Translations under genes and position numbers: made by a program
From: an uncultured Eubacteriales bacterium
GTDB lineage: Bacteria; Bacillota; Clostridia; Peptostreptococcales; Anaerovoracaceae
DNA length: 41,532 nucleotides
NCBI GenBank assembly: GCA_910585135.1
Contig: CAJUEB010000001.1
Span: 6,027-47,558 of the forward strand
Direction: 5' to 3'
Notes under the pieces: generated by a model
What the model was told of the DNA's origin: nothing
What the model saw: only the letters and a program-made list of their open reading frames with translations
Databases searched by the model: none
Shown here: one piece after another, positions 1 to 9,311 of the stretch
Layout: each line of letters starts with the position of its first letter
Position numbering within the stretch: position 1 is the first letter of the stretch

Positions 1-1776
1 TCTTTCCTTCGCCACATAATATGCGAAAATCTGAAGCGGCACGACCGCCAGCACAGGCGCTACCTCATCGATGCACTGCGGCACATAAATCACCTCATCC
101 GCCACCGTTTCGATCTCCGTTTTGCCTTCCTTGCAAATCCCGACGATGCGTGCGCCCCTGGCTCTTATTTCTTCAACGTTGGAAACCATCTTTTCATACA
201 GGAAATCCTGCGTCGCCAGCGCGAAGACCAAGGTTTCCGGCTCCATCAGCGCGATCGTTCCATGCTTTAGCTCTCCCGCTGCAATGGCAAAGGAATTGAT
301 ATAAGAAATTTCCTTGAGCTTGAGCGAACCTTCATATGACACGCCTGCATCAAGACCCCTGCCGATGAAGAAAACCTGCTCCTTCCGATGATATTTCTTC
401 GCGATAGCAGCAATGGCACTTTCCTGCGCAAGCAGCGCCTCCACCTTATCCGGAAGCGCCTTTAATTCATTTAGTATCTTTGCATAATAATCCTTATCGA
501 TCGTACCCTTAGTGCTTCCCATGTAAAGCCCGATCAGGTACATACAGATAAGCTGTGTCGTGTACGCCTTGGTAGAAGCAACGGCGATCTCCGGGCCTGC
601 CCAGGTGTAAAACACGTCATCCGATTCCCTTGCCACGGAGCTGCCGACCACGTTCACGACGGAAAGCACACGTGCGCCTTTTCTTTTCGCTTCCCGAAGC
701 GCCGCCAAAGTATCCAGCGTTTCACCTGACTGGCTGATGGCAATGAACAGCGTATTTTCATCCACAAATGGATCACGGTAGCGGAATTCCGAGGCGATAT
801 CTACCTCCACCGGAACTTTCGCCATTTTCTCGATCACCAGCTTGCCCACCAGCCCCGCATGATATGCCGTACCGCAGGCAACGATATAGACCTTGTTAAA
901 GCCTTCGATATCCGCCTTCGTCATGGAAATGCCGTCCAGGTTAATGCTGCCGTCATCGTCTACCCTTCTCGTCAGGGTTTCGAAGATTCCCTTCGGCTGT
1001 TCATGAATTTCCTTCAGCATGAAATGCTCATAGCCTTCCTTTTCCGCTGCGTCGGCATCCCAGGTAACATGGTAAACGTCTCTCTTGACCTTATCCCCGG
1101 CTTCATTGTATATGGTAATATGATCCTTTGTCAGAACGACCGTCTCATTATTTTCGATGAAGTAAACCTCCCTGACGTATTTCAGCAGGGCAGGGATATC
1201 GGAAGCGATAAAGTTAAAGCCCTTTCCCAGCCCAGCCACCAGCGGAGCGTCCTTCCTTACGGCAACGATTTTATCAGGTTCGTCCGCAGCGATCGCGCAG
1301 ACCGCATAAGCGCCGCGCATTTCCGCTACCGCCTTATTGACAGCTGCCAGCAGATCCCCGTCATAGAAGATCCCGATCAGGTGCGCGATTACCTCCGAAT
1401 CCGTCTCCGAACGGAAAACAATGCCATATTCCTTGACCAGCCATTCTTTGATTTCCTGATAATTTTCACTAATCCCGTTATGTACGATGGCAATAGAGTG
1501 ATCCCCATTGCTGTGCGGATGGGCATTGATGTCGGACGGTGCGCCATGCGTCGCCCAGCGCGTATGGCCAATGCCTGCTGTACTGTCAAACTCCGGGTCG
1601 CCGATGATCTTTTCGAGGTTTTTGATCTCACCCACATGCTTTTTAATCTGAATTTTTCCATTGATCGGCAGGGCAATGCCTGCTGAATCATAACCTCTGT
1701 ATTCCAGCCGCTTCAGCCCATCGATGATCTTCTCCTTTGCGTGCTTCTGTCCCACGAATCCAACGATACCACACAT
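1..1776 (-). CDS. glmS: Glutamine--fructose-6-phosphate aminotransferase (3' end runs off the window)
   Basis: Not in the ORF track because there is no stop in the window. Read manually: ATG at 1776 gives MCGIVGFVG, internal IGHTRWATHG, and the window edge reads AYYVAKER. GGAGG RBS upstream; directly follows glmM. Confidence 0.97.
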   Translation of the reverse strand, partial: MCGIVGFVGQKHAKEKIIDGLKRLEYRGYDSAGIALPINGKIQIKKHVGEIKNLEKIIGDPEFDSTAGIGHTRWATHGAPSDINAHPHSNGDHSIAIVHNGISENYQEIKEWLVKEYGIVFRSETDSEVIAHLIGIFYDGDLLAAVNKAVAEMRGAYAVCAIAADEPDKIVAVRKDAPLVAGLGKGFNFIASDIPALLKYVREVYFIENNETVVLTKDHITIYNEAGDKVKRDVYHVTWDADAAEKEGYEHFMLKEIHEQPKGIFETLTRRVDDDGSINLDGISMTKADIEGFNKVYIVACGTAYHAGLVGKLVIEKMAKVPVEVDIASEFRYRDPFVDENTLFIAISQSGETLDTLAALREAKRKGARVLSVVNVVGSSVARESDDVFYTWAGPEIAVASTKAYTTQLICMYLIGLYMGSTKGTIDKDYYAKILNELKALPDKVEALLAQESAIAAIAKKYHRKEQVFFIGRGLDAGVSYEGSLKLKEISYINSFAIAAGELKHGTIALMEPETLVFALATQDFLYEKMVSNVEEIRARGARIVGICKEGKTEIETVADEVIYVPQCIDEVAPVLAVVPLQIFAYYVAKER

Positions 1777-1790
1777 ACTTCTTTATCCTC

Positions 1791-3140
1791 CTATCCAAAC
1801 CTCTTGGTCAATAACACAGCCAGATCCTCCGCCAGCTTCGTGATATGCGCCACGTCCTGTCCTTCCAGCATCACGCGCACCAGCGGCTCTGTTCCCGACG
1901 GCCTGATCAGAACCCGGCCCAAGCCTTCCAGCTCCTTTTCCGTACGGGCAATCGCATCCATGATATCCTGATCCGTCTTATATTTTTCCTTGTTTTCATT
2001 TTTAACCCTGGCATTCTTCAGTACCTGCGGGAAAATCTCAATCTCATCGGAAAGTACAGACGGCTGCCTTCCGGATAACAGGATCGCCTGCAAAAGCTGC
2101 AAGGACGAAAGAATTCCGTCTCCCGTGGTAGTATGATTTAAGAAAATAATATGCCCTGACTGCTCCCCGCCGATGTTGCAACCCGTCTTGCGCATGCTTT
2201 CCAGCACATACCGATCCCCTACTGCCGTTACATCCACGCTGCAACCCATCTTTTCTATGTACTGATGAAAGCCAATATTGCTCATCACCGTTGCTGTCAC
2301 CTTATTGCCTGGCAACAACCCTTTTTCCTTCATCATCGACGCACAAATACAGATCAGCTTATCACCATCAATGATCCTGCCCTTTTCATCAACAGCAATC
2401 AGCCTGTCGGCATCGCCGTCATAAGCAAGACCGAGAAAAGCGCCCTGCCTTAAAACTGCATCCTGCAATCGTTCCGGGTGCGTCGAACCGCACTTCTCAT
2501 TGATGTTCACCCCATTCGGCGTATTGCCGATCACGGTTATGTCTGCACCCAAATCGGAATACACCTTCTCCGCCACGCTGTAAGCCGCGCCGTTGGCACA
2601 GTCCAGCACCAGCTTCACGCCCCTGATATCCACATCGATGGTAGATTTGAGAAATTCCGCATATCGGCCCAAGGCATCATCATCGGCCTCAAGGCATCGC
2701 CCCAGCTTATCACCCGTGATATGGTGGTTTACATCGATATCGCGCAGGATGATATCTTCGATTTCATCTTCGATGGCATCATCCAGCTTAAAGCCATCTC
2801 CGTTAAAGAACTTGATCCCGTTGTATTCAAACGGATTATGCGACGCAGATATGACTACGCCTGCATCAGCCTGGTACGCCCGCACCAGATATGCGATCGC
2901 GGGCGTTGGCAATACGCCGATCTTGATCACATTGCCGCCTACGGCCAGAATTCCTGCACTGAGCGCATCCTCCAGCATATCGCCGGAAAGGCGCGTATCC
3001 TTGCCGATCAGCACAACCGGCCGTTTGATATCCTTGCTGAGAACATATGCGCCTGCCTTTCCCAGCTTAAATGCCAGTTCCGGGGTCAATTCGCTGTTTG
3101 CGATCCCCCGTACGCCATCCGTGCCAAATAATCTTCCCAT
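1791..3140 (-). CDS. glmM: Phosphoglucosamine mutase
   Basis: LFGTDGVRG N-terminus, ISASHNP catalytic serine, DGDADR metal loop, GGEQSGH, RPSGTEP; cdaA-cdaR-glmM-glmS synteny. Confidence 0.97.
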   Translation of the reverse strand: MGRLFGTDGVRGIANSELTPELAFKLGKAGAYVLSKDIKRPVVLIGKDTRLSGDMLEDALSAGILAVGGNVIKIGVLPTPAIAYLVRAYQADAGVVISASHNPFEYNGIKFFNGDGFKLDDAIEDEIEDIILRDIDVNHHITGDKLGRCLEADDDALGRYAEFLKSTIDVDIRGVKLVLDCANGAAYSVAEKVYSDLGADITVIGNTPNGVNINEKCGSTHPERLQDAVLRQGAFLGLAYDGDADRLIAVDEKGRIIDGDKLICICASMMKEKGLLPGNKVTATVMSNIGFHQYIEKMGCSVDVTAVGDRYVLESMRKTGCNIGGEQSGHIIFLNHTTTGDGILSSLQLLQAILLSGRQPSVLSDEIEIFPQVLKNARVKNENKEKYKTDQDIMDAIARTEKELEGLGRVLIRPSGTEPLVRVMLEGQDVAHITKLAEDLAVLLTKRFG

Positions 3141-3192
3141 AATCGTCTCCTCACTATTTCACATGATCGGGGCGTTTTCCCCGTTTGCCGTA

Positions 3193-4128
3193 CTACTCTG
3201 TCAGCTTCACGGTCACCGTTACCGCAAGTGATTCATCCTCATGCAGCAAAAAGATATTGTCCGGCAAATCCAGTGTTGCTTCTACTGACGCAGAAGTCGT
3301 AATGCCAGTCAAATCGACCGTCGCTTTTATTTTCTTGATATCCTTTATCACATCAGCAGGTCCTACGATATCGACCGCATCAATGCCGGCAAACTTATCG
3401 ACCGCATAACCATCTTCCACATTTTCGGCGGTTATCTCCAGTTTTGCTGATTTTTTCACGAGCCGCTGAACATTTACCCGAACCTTATCTTCCGATAACT
3501 CCACGCCGTAAACGCGGACATTATCCTTCGTAACGGGAACTACCGTTACGCTCACCCATTTATCCGCCTCTTTTGAAACGATTTGGGAATCTACCGTACC
3601 CATCACATGGTCAATTTTCCCAACGGAGCTTTTCGCGCCTTGAACCGTTACGTTTTTCGGATCTATTTCAAACACCCAGTCCACCGCGTCATTTTCGCTT
3701 CCCGCTGCCGATCCTGTAAACTCGATTACTGCCGGCTTCTTTTCCGAAACGAGTGGCTCTACCTTAAAATGCAGCGTGCTGTCTGAAATATTTTCCAGCT
3801 TAACGCCTTCCGGAAGGCTGATATTTATTTTTCCGGTATTTTTCCCTTTTTTGCAGTTTGATACGTCGACAGATGCAGTCAGCCCGCTCCTCTTGATATC
3901 ATACACCTCCGACCGTTTCCCGCTGATCGCAGCGCTGATGAATTCCTCCTGCTCCTGCACCACAGCCAAATCCTTTTCAGCCAGTGCATCTATCCCGGTA
4001 AAGGAAACCGGGATATTGCTTATATTTTCTTTGGTATTTGGGTCTACTTCACCCATCACATACACCCACAAGCAAATAGCAGCAATCAGGGATATGATCT
4101 TAATGAAGGTCTTATTATCCAGCATCAT
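3193..4128 (-). CDS. cdaR: CdaR/YbbR-family regulator of diadenylate cyclase
   Basis: N-terminal TM helix (KIISLIAAICLWVYV) followed by beta-rich YbbR-like repeats (A.VD motifs); lies between cdaA and glmM. Confidence 0.88.
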   Translation of the reverse strand: MMLDNKTFIKIISLIAAICLWVYVMGEVDPNTKENISNIPVSFTGIDALAEKDLAVVQEQEEFISAAISGKRSEVYDIKRSGLTASVDVSNCKKGKNTGKINISLPEGVKLENISDSTLHFKVEPLVSEKKPAVIEFTGSAAGSENDAVDWVFEIDPKNVTVQGAKSSVGKIDHVMGTVDSQIVSKEADKWVSVTVVPVTKDNVRVYGVELSEDKVRVNVQRLVKKSAKLEITAENVEDGYAVDKFAGIDAVDIVGPADVIKDIKKIKATVDLTGITTSASVEATLDLPDNIFLLHEDESLAVTVTVKLTE

Positions 4129-4967
4129 TTATCCCTCCTCATCTTGCTGATCATGCGGGGAATGATGGCCATCGTACCCGTCCGTTCCTCTGCATTCAAA
4201 TACATATTGAGCAAGGTTTTTTCGACCGTTTTCAAGTCGAGAAACCTGGATAAATGCCCTTCGCTCGCCATGGAAATAATTCCTGTTTCCTCTGAAACGA
4301 TCAGAACCAGCGCATCGGAATTTTCGGTAATGCCGATGCCCGCCCTGTGTCTCGTTCCCAGTTCCTTGCTGATCGCATTGCTCCTGGTCAAAGGCAGCAC
4401 GCAGCCTGCGGCGCATACCCGGCCGTCCCGGATGATAACAGCGCCGTCATGCAAAGGCGCACCCTCATAGAAAATATTGCCCAGAAGCTGCTCCGAAATT
4501 TCGGCGTCCACCAGCGTGCCGCTTTCCATGATATCGGAAAGCGCGGTTTCCTTTTCGAAAACGATAAGAGCTCCCACCCTGTCCCGTGAAAAGGTTTCAA
4601 CTGCCTTTACGATATGCGAAGTGATCTGCTTGCCCTTTTCCTTATCCAACTGAGTCAGGGATGATTTAACGAGCTTGCTGCGCCCCATATATTCGAGCGC
4701 CCGGCGCAGCTCCGGCTGGAACACGACCAGGATCGCGACTGCGCCAAGCGCGACCGTGCCTTTCAAAATCCAGTTAATGGTATGCAAATTAAAAATATCG
4801 GATAGAAAAGTAGCAACTACCAGGACAAGTACGCCCTTTAGCAGCTGCTCCACCCTCGTTTTTCTGATAAAGCCCAATATTTTATAGATCACAACGGCTA
4901 CGATCAGAATATCTATCACGTCTGTAATTCCCATGCCGGAAAATACATTTTCTAAAAACTCGCGCAT
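4125..4967 (-). CDS. cdaA: Diadenylate cyclase CdaA (c-di-AMP synthase)
   Basis: Three N-terminal TM segments, FQPELRRALE, LHDGA and GTRHRA DAC motifs, VSEETG. Confidence 0.96.
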   Translation of the reverse strand: MREFLENVFSGMGITDVIDILIVAVVIYKILGFIRKTRVEQLLKGVLVLVVATFLSDIFNLHTINWILKGTVALGAVAILVVFQPELRRALEYMGRSKLVKSSLTQLDKEKGKQITSHIVKAVETFSRDRVGALIVFEKETALSDIMESGTLVDAEISEQLLGNIFYEGAPLHDGAVIIRDGRVCAAGCVLPLTRSNAISKELGTRHRAGIGITENSDALVLIVSEETGIISMASEGHLSRFLDLKTVEKTLLNMYLNAEERTGTMAIIPRMISKMRRDK

Positions 4968-5005
4968 TCATTTGCTCCCAAATTCATTAAACAGTCATTC
5001 AATAT

Positions 5006-5034
5006 ATTTTACAAAAAAAAGGCGTATTTTTCAA
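5006..5034 (-). promoter_or_regulatory. Putative sigmaA promoter for cdaA-cdaR-glmM-glmS
   Basis: Minus strand TTGAAA-17bp-TAAAAT about 40 bp upstream of the cdaA start. Confidence 0.6.
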
Positions 5035-5081
5035 GTAGGCAATCGGATAAATCACCTAGGCGTCACAAAGATAAAAATCAC

Positions 5082-5116
5082 AAAGATAAAGCGGAGCTTC
5101 CGCCCCGCTCTATCTT
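5082..5116 (-). terminator. Probable intrinsic terminator after hpf
   Basis: Minus strand AAGATAGAGCGGGGC-GGAA-GCTCCGCTTTATCTTT hairpin 15 bp after the hpf stop; mismatches are G.U on the minus strand. Confidence 0.7.
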
Positions 5117-5131
5117 ATTCATGCATCTATG

Positions 5132-5659
5132 TTAATATGTCGTTTCAAGCAGTCCATAATCCTTATCGGCCCGCTTATATACGACATTTACCGAATCGGT
5201 CTCCATGTTGAGGAAAACGAAAAAGCTGTGTTCCAGCATTTCCATCTGCAAAATCGCTTCCTCGATGGTCATCGGCGTAAGCTCAAACTTTTTCTTCTTC
5301 ACAACCTGAATGTCTTCCTCTTCCTCTTCAAATTCAGGCAGCCCTGCAAAGCTCAGGTCTTTCTGTCCCTTATGCTTTCTTTGCAGCTTGGTCTTGAATT
5401 TAGACATCTGGTTGGACAGCTTATCGATCACCCTGTCCACAGCATCGTAAGGGTCATCTTCCTTTACCTCCGCCCGGAAAATCGTTCCCTTCGTATTGAT
5501 TGTCGCCTCCAGCTTATAGCCGCTCTTTTCCTTGATCACCATGACATTGCCCGTGATTTCATTGGAAAAATACTTATCCAGCTTCTCAAACTTTTTCTCT
5601 ATAGTCTCCTTTAGCTTATCGCTCGGGCTATAGTGTTTGCCTGTGATGTTTGTCTTCAT
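5132..5659 (-). CDS. hpf: Ribosome hibernation promoting factor, long HPF/RaiA
   Basis: MKTNITGK...KLDKYF...YDAVD N-domain plus C-terminal PMTIEEAILQMEMLEHSFFVF...VVYKR..YGLLE. Start reassigned to ATG 5659 behind AGGAGG. Confidence 0.95.
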   Translation of the reverse strand: MKTNITGKHYSPSDKLKETIEKKFEKLDKYFSNEITGNVMVIKEKSGYKLEATINTKGTIFRAEVKEDDPYDAVDRVIDKLSNQMSKFKTKLQRKHKGQKDLSFAGLPEFEEEEEDIQVVKKKKFELTPMTIEEAILQMEMLEHSFFVFLNMETDSVNVVYKRADKDYGLLETTY

Positions 5660-5690
5660 AAATAACGACCTCCTTTTTAGGCTTTTTCTT

Positions 5691-5868
5691 ATTATAACAT
5701 ACAAGCTTGCCTGCGTATGTTTCAATGAACGCTTCCCTGCGGCAACGCCGTATCAGTTGCTGCGTTCATTATACCATGAATTTCCTCTGTCCTTGCATCA
5801 GCATTCATGATTCAATGAACGCTTCCGCTCGGCAACGCCGCTAGAATGTTCTGCGTTCATTATACCAT
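5691..5868. repeat. Two copies (5719-5775, 5809-5866) of a 57-58 bp palindromic element with hairpin linkers
   Basis: TTCAATGAACGCTTCC..CGGCAACGCCG..TGCGTTCATTATACC twice, 90 bp apart; same family as 28759-28972. Confidence 0.9.
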
Positions 5869-5884
5869 ATTTTGTATGGAGATG

Positions 5885-5910
5885 CAGTATTTTTTAACAA
5901 TAAAATACTG
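5885..5910. other. AT-rich inverted repeat just 3' of the raiA RNA (possible terminator or operator)
   Basis: CAGTATTTT-N8-AAAATACTG. Confidence 0.4.
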
Positions 5911-5920
5911 AAAAATCTGA

Positions 5921-6119
5921 AAAAAGTGAACTGCACATACGGCACACCTGACCTGATCTTTGCCCCCACACCTGCCTTGCCCGGATTTTCCGGAGGACTT
6001 ACATCTAAACTACGCCATGATCACTGCCGCCTTGCGGATCAGCTTACGTGGGACCTTTCGCCCGTAGCTGGCCTGGCCTTTCAATCACAGACATGCGCCA
6101 TATGTGCAGTTCACTTTTT
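5921..6119 (-). ncRNA. raiA-motif structured noncoding RNA
   Basis: Sits between comF and hpf(raiA), the known context of this motif. Minus strand has the conserved blocks in order as I recall them from the Clostridium acetobutylicum RNA: UGUGAUUGAAAG..GCCAG..GGCGAAA..CCACGUAAG..CAUGG..UUAGAUGUAAGUCCU..AGGC..GUGUGGGG.CAAAGAUCAGGUCA. A long closing stem has 19 perfect bp plus three mismatches that are all G.U on the minus strand. Confidence 0.88.
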
Positions 6120-6894
6120 ATATCGCTTCCGCATCCTTCGGTCTCCGATTGCCGCCTGACGCCAGCGAGAGAAAATATACCTCGCCCGCCCCCGCAGACA
6201 GCAACGCCTTACTGCAAGCATCAGCAGTCGCGCCCGTGGTATAGATATCATCCACGAGAAGCAGCCGCTTTCCCTTTATCTTATAAGCATCCCGCCCCAG
6301 CACTGCAAAAGCGTCAAACAGAGCCATTTCCCGCTCGGAAGGATTCAGGCTTCGAAGGCGCGGCGTTTCTTTCTTGCGGCGCAAAGCCGTCCCATCCCAT
6401 GGCACGCCCCAAAGCGCGGACAACCGCCGCACCATAAGCTCCGACTGGTTGTAGCCCCGCTGCCGCTTGCGACCAGCGCTAAGCGGCACAGGAATGATGA
6501 GATCCACTTGCAGCTCTTCACACGACATCCTGTCATACAGCATATCACCCAGCTTTTTGGCAAGATAGCCCTTTCCATTATACTTGTAGTCCAGCAGCAC
6601 CGCCCGTTCATGAAGACCATAAGTCAGGCAGCTATATCCCTTCGTAAAATAATGCGCCCTGCCCATGCAATCATAACATAACCTGCCCCGGTAATTCCCG
6701 GGAAGGACTTTCCCGCACTTTTCACAAGTCCTGCCGCTTGTCCAGTGAAATTTCCTGATGCATTCGTCGCACAAGGAATACGCCCTGCTGCCGTCGATCA
6801 GGCTTCCGCAGCAAATGCAGTATATGTTGGACGGAAATACAGCCTCGCTGATAGCTTCCGCAGCCTTTCCTAATTTTCCCAATAACGTTCCCAT
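6118..6894 (-). CDS. comF: ComF-family protein (double zinc ribbon + phosphoribosyltransferase domain)
   Basis: CICC, CDEC, CEKC and CYDC zinc motifs; PVPL..RGYNQ; LLVDDIYTTGAT PRT motif. Confidence 0.92.
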   Translation of the reverse strand: MGTLLGKLGKAAEAISEAVFPSNIYCICCGSLIDGSRAYSLCDECIRKFHWTSGRTCEKCGKVLPGNYRGRLCYDCMGRAHYFTKGYSCLTYGLHERAVLLDYKYNGKGYLAKKLGDMLYDRMSCEELQVDLIIPVPLSAGRKRQRGYNQSELMVRRLSALWGVPWDGTALRRKKETPRLRSLNPSEREMALFDAFAVLGRDAYKIKGKRLLLVDDIYTTGATADACSKALLSAGAGEVYFLSLASGGNRRPKDAEAI

Positions 6895-6992
6895 GATATC
6901 CCCTCAATTTTTACACGTTCCAGCAGGCTTCGGTCCTTCTCCCCTTTGTGCATCCACTGCACGCACTGGCATTTCTTTCCGCCTGCGTACCT

Positions 6993-9203
6993 TTACAAAG
7001 TTCCAAATTCCAGATATTTTCGCAGCCTGCCTGCAAGACCGGAAAACCGCTCCTTGATCCGGTTGTTATCGACCATGCCGTGCAGTTTTCCCTCTGACCC
7101 CACCAGCACCACCGCCTTTTTCCCACGCGTGACCGCCGTATACAAGAGGTTCCTGCTCGCAAGCATCGGCGGAAACCAGCTCACCGGCATGACGACGACA
7201 GGAAACTCGCTTCCCTGGCTCTTGTGAACCGTAATGGCATAAGCAAGCTCCAGCTCATCAAGCTGATTGAACGCATACGTGACGTGTTTTACTTCATCGT
7301 ATACGACCGTGATTTCATTGAACTGGCGGTCTACCTTCTGGATAAACCCGACATCCCCGTTGAAAATTCCTTCCCCTTCCGTAAAATCCTCCAGGTTTTT
7401 CCATGCAAGCTGGTAATTGTTCCTGATCTGCATCACCTTGTCGCCCTCCCGGAAAATACGATCCCCGAAAGTCTTTTCCGCAAGGCTGCCATCAGGCGGG
7501 TTCAACACTTGTTGCAATTCTTTGTTCAGGTTGATACTCCCCAAAAGTCCCTTTCGCACAGGCGTAAGCACCTGGATATCGGAAGCAGGCGAAATTTCCT
7601 CGTAAAAGGCGGGCAGCCGCTTCGTACACAGTTCTTTGATCGTCGCCAGCATATCCTTCTCCGCATTGCGCCTTAAGAGGAAAAAATCTTTATCCTTGGC
7701 ATTGCAGTCCGGGTAATCCCCGTTGACCACGATCATGCTTTCCTCCGCCTGGCGGAAGATTTCTGTCAGTCTTGTACAATAGATGTATTCGCTGTCAATG
7801 ATATCCCGCAGAACATTGCCCGCGCCCACAGACGGAAGCTGGTCAGCATCGCCTACGATGATCAGCCTCGTGCCCGGCCTGATCGCGCTTACGAGCGCAT
7901 TCATCAAAATCAGGTCGATCATGGAGGCCTCGTCGATGATCACAGCATCGTATTCGAGCGGCGACTCCTCGGTTTTGCCGAACCGCATCATATTCTCACT
8001 TTCGGAAAAATAGTATTCCAGCAGCCTGTGAATGGTAGATGCGTAATGTCCCGATGTTTCGGTAATTCTCTTGGCAGCCCTGCCTGTCGGCGCTGCGATC
8101 GCCGTTTTCAGACCGCTCTCCTCCAGCACATTGATGATCGCATTGATGATCGTTGTCTTTCCTGTCCCAGGTCCTCCCGTAATGACGGAAACCCCCATAT
8201 TCAGTGAGGTTGTTACCGCATGCTTCTGATTTTCCGATAAATGAATGCCCGTGATATGTTCCGTCCTTGCGATCAGGCTTGTGGCGCTGGCCGCAATAGG
8301 CTTTAAGCCTGCGGAATTAAGCTGCGCAAGCCGTTTGCATACATTCTGCTCCGCCATATAATACGGCATGAGGAACACGACGTTCCTGTCCTCCAGGTTT
8401 TCAATATGCAGCTCCCCTTCAAAAACCAATGCCGTAAGCTGATCCTCCACCTGCTCCATGGACAGCCCTAAAAGCTCGCCGGTCTTTTCGCACAGCATCC
8501 TTTGCGGAAGAAACGTATTGCCCTCGCTGGCAAAATACGACAGCGTAAATTTAATGCCGCTTTTGATCCTGAATTCATCATCGGCAGCAATTCCCATTTT
8601 CTCGGCGATCTTATCGGCTTTTTTAAACCCGATCCCGAAGATATCCTCGACCAGCCTGTAAGGATTTTCCTCCACCGCCTTGATAGTCTCTGCTCCATAT
8701 ATCTGATATAGCTTCATCGCATAATCTGCGCCGATCCCGTACTGCTGCAAATGCATGCTCACCTGTGCAAAGGCGCGGTGCTTGCCGTATGCTTCTGTGA
8801 TCGCGGCGGCTTTTTTTTCCCGTATCCCGGAAATCTCCGTCAGCCGCTTTGGCTCTTCTTCAATGATCCGCAAGGTATCTGCACCAAATTTCGATACGAT
8901 GGCAGCGGCCGTCTTTTTTCCGATCCCCTTAATCACGCCGGATGCCAAAAACGCCCGGATGCCGTCCTCCGTGGACGGCATTGTTTCTTCAAATTCCTTA
9001 ATGGCAAACTGCTCCCCATAGGCAGGATGTTCGGTAAATTTCCCGCGCAGAAGATAGCTTCTGCCCACATCTGCATAAGGCAAATTACCTACGGCAGTAA
9101 ACGCCTCAAGCTCCGTTTCAAAAACGGCTACCGTATAGCCGTTTTTATCATTTCGAAAGATTACCTCCGCTATCGTTCCCTGTTTTTCTTCCATCATATT
9201 CAT
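6993..9203 (-). CDS. recD2: ATP-dependent RecD2-like SF1B DNA helicase
   Basis: N-terminal HhH (IKGIGKKTA), GGPGTGKT Walker A, APTGRAAKR, DEASM, GDADQLPSVG, AYAITVHKSQGSEF, YTAVTRGK. Confidence 0.94.
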   Translation of the reverse strand: MNMMEEKQGTIAEVIFRNDKNGYTVAVFETELEAFTAVGNLPYADVGRSYLLRGKFTEHPAYGEQFAIKEFEETMPSTEDGIRAFLASGVIKGIGKKTAAAIVSKFGADTLRIIEEEPKRLTEISGIREKKAAAITEAYGKHRAFAQVSMHLQQYGIGADYAMKLYQIYGAETIKAVEENPYRLVEDIFGIGFKKADKIAEKMGIAADDEFRIKSGIKFTLSYFASEGNTFLPQRMLCEKTGELLGLSMEQVEDQLTALVFEGELHIENLEDRNVVFLMPYYMAEQNVCKRLAQLNSAGLKPIAASATSLIARTEHITGIHLSENQKHAVTTSLNMGVSVITGGPGTGKTTIINAIINVLEESGLKTAIAAPTGRAAKRITETSGHYASTIHRLLEYYFSESENMMRFGKTEESPLEYDAVIIDEASMIDLILMNALVSAIRPGTRLIIVGDADQLPSVGAGNVLRDIIDSEYIYCTRLTEIFRQAEESMIVVNGDYPDCNAKDKDFFLLRRNAEKDMLATIKELCTKRLPAFYEEISPASDIQVLTPVRKGLLGSINLNKELQQVLNPPDGSLAEKTFGDRIFREGDKVMQIRNNYQLAWKNLEDFTEGEGIFNGDVGFIQKVDRQFNEITVVYDEVKHVTYAFNQLDELELAYAITVHKSQGSEFPVVVMPVSWFPPMLASRNLLYTAVTRGKKAVVLVGSEGKLHGMVDNNRIKERFSGLAGRLRKYLEFGTL

Positions 9204-9311
9204 CTAATGCCTTTGATCCCGTCTTGTGCCGCAACTATATTTTTGCTAAAAGAACCTCAATAAATAATTTCCGATGAATACATTTCAACCGAAAACACCT
9301 CTGCCAAACGC

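Noticed and set aside
1777..1790. glmS ribozyme upstream of glmS
   Set aside because: Only 14 bp separate glmM and glmS, so there is no room.
5063..5090. 13-bp direct repeat TCACAAAGATAAA as an insertion scar or operator
   Set aside because: Adjacent copies 15 bp apart overlapping the hpf terminator tail; most simply a local duplication.
5921..6119. MITE with ~25 bp terminal inverted repeats
   Set aside because: No target-site duplication. Arm mismatches are strand-specific G.U pairs, and the interior matches raiA-motif blocks in the expected gene context.
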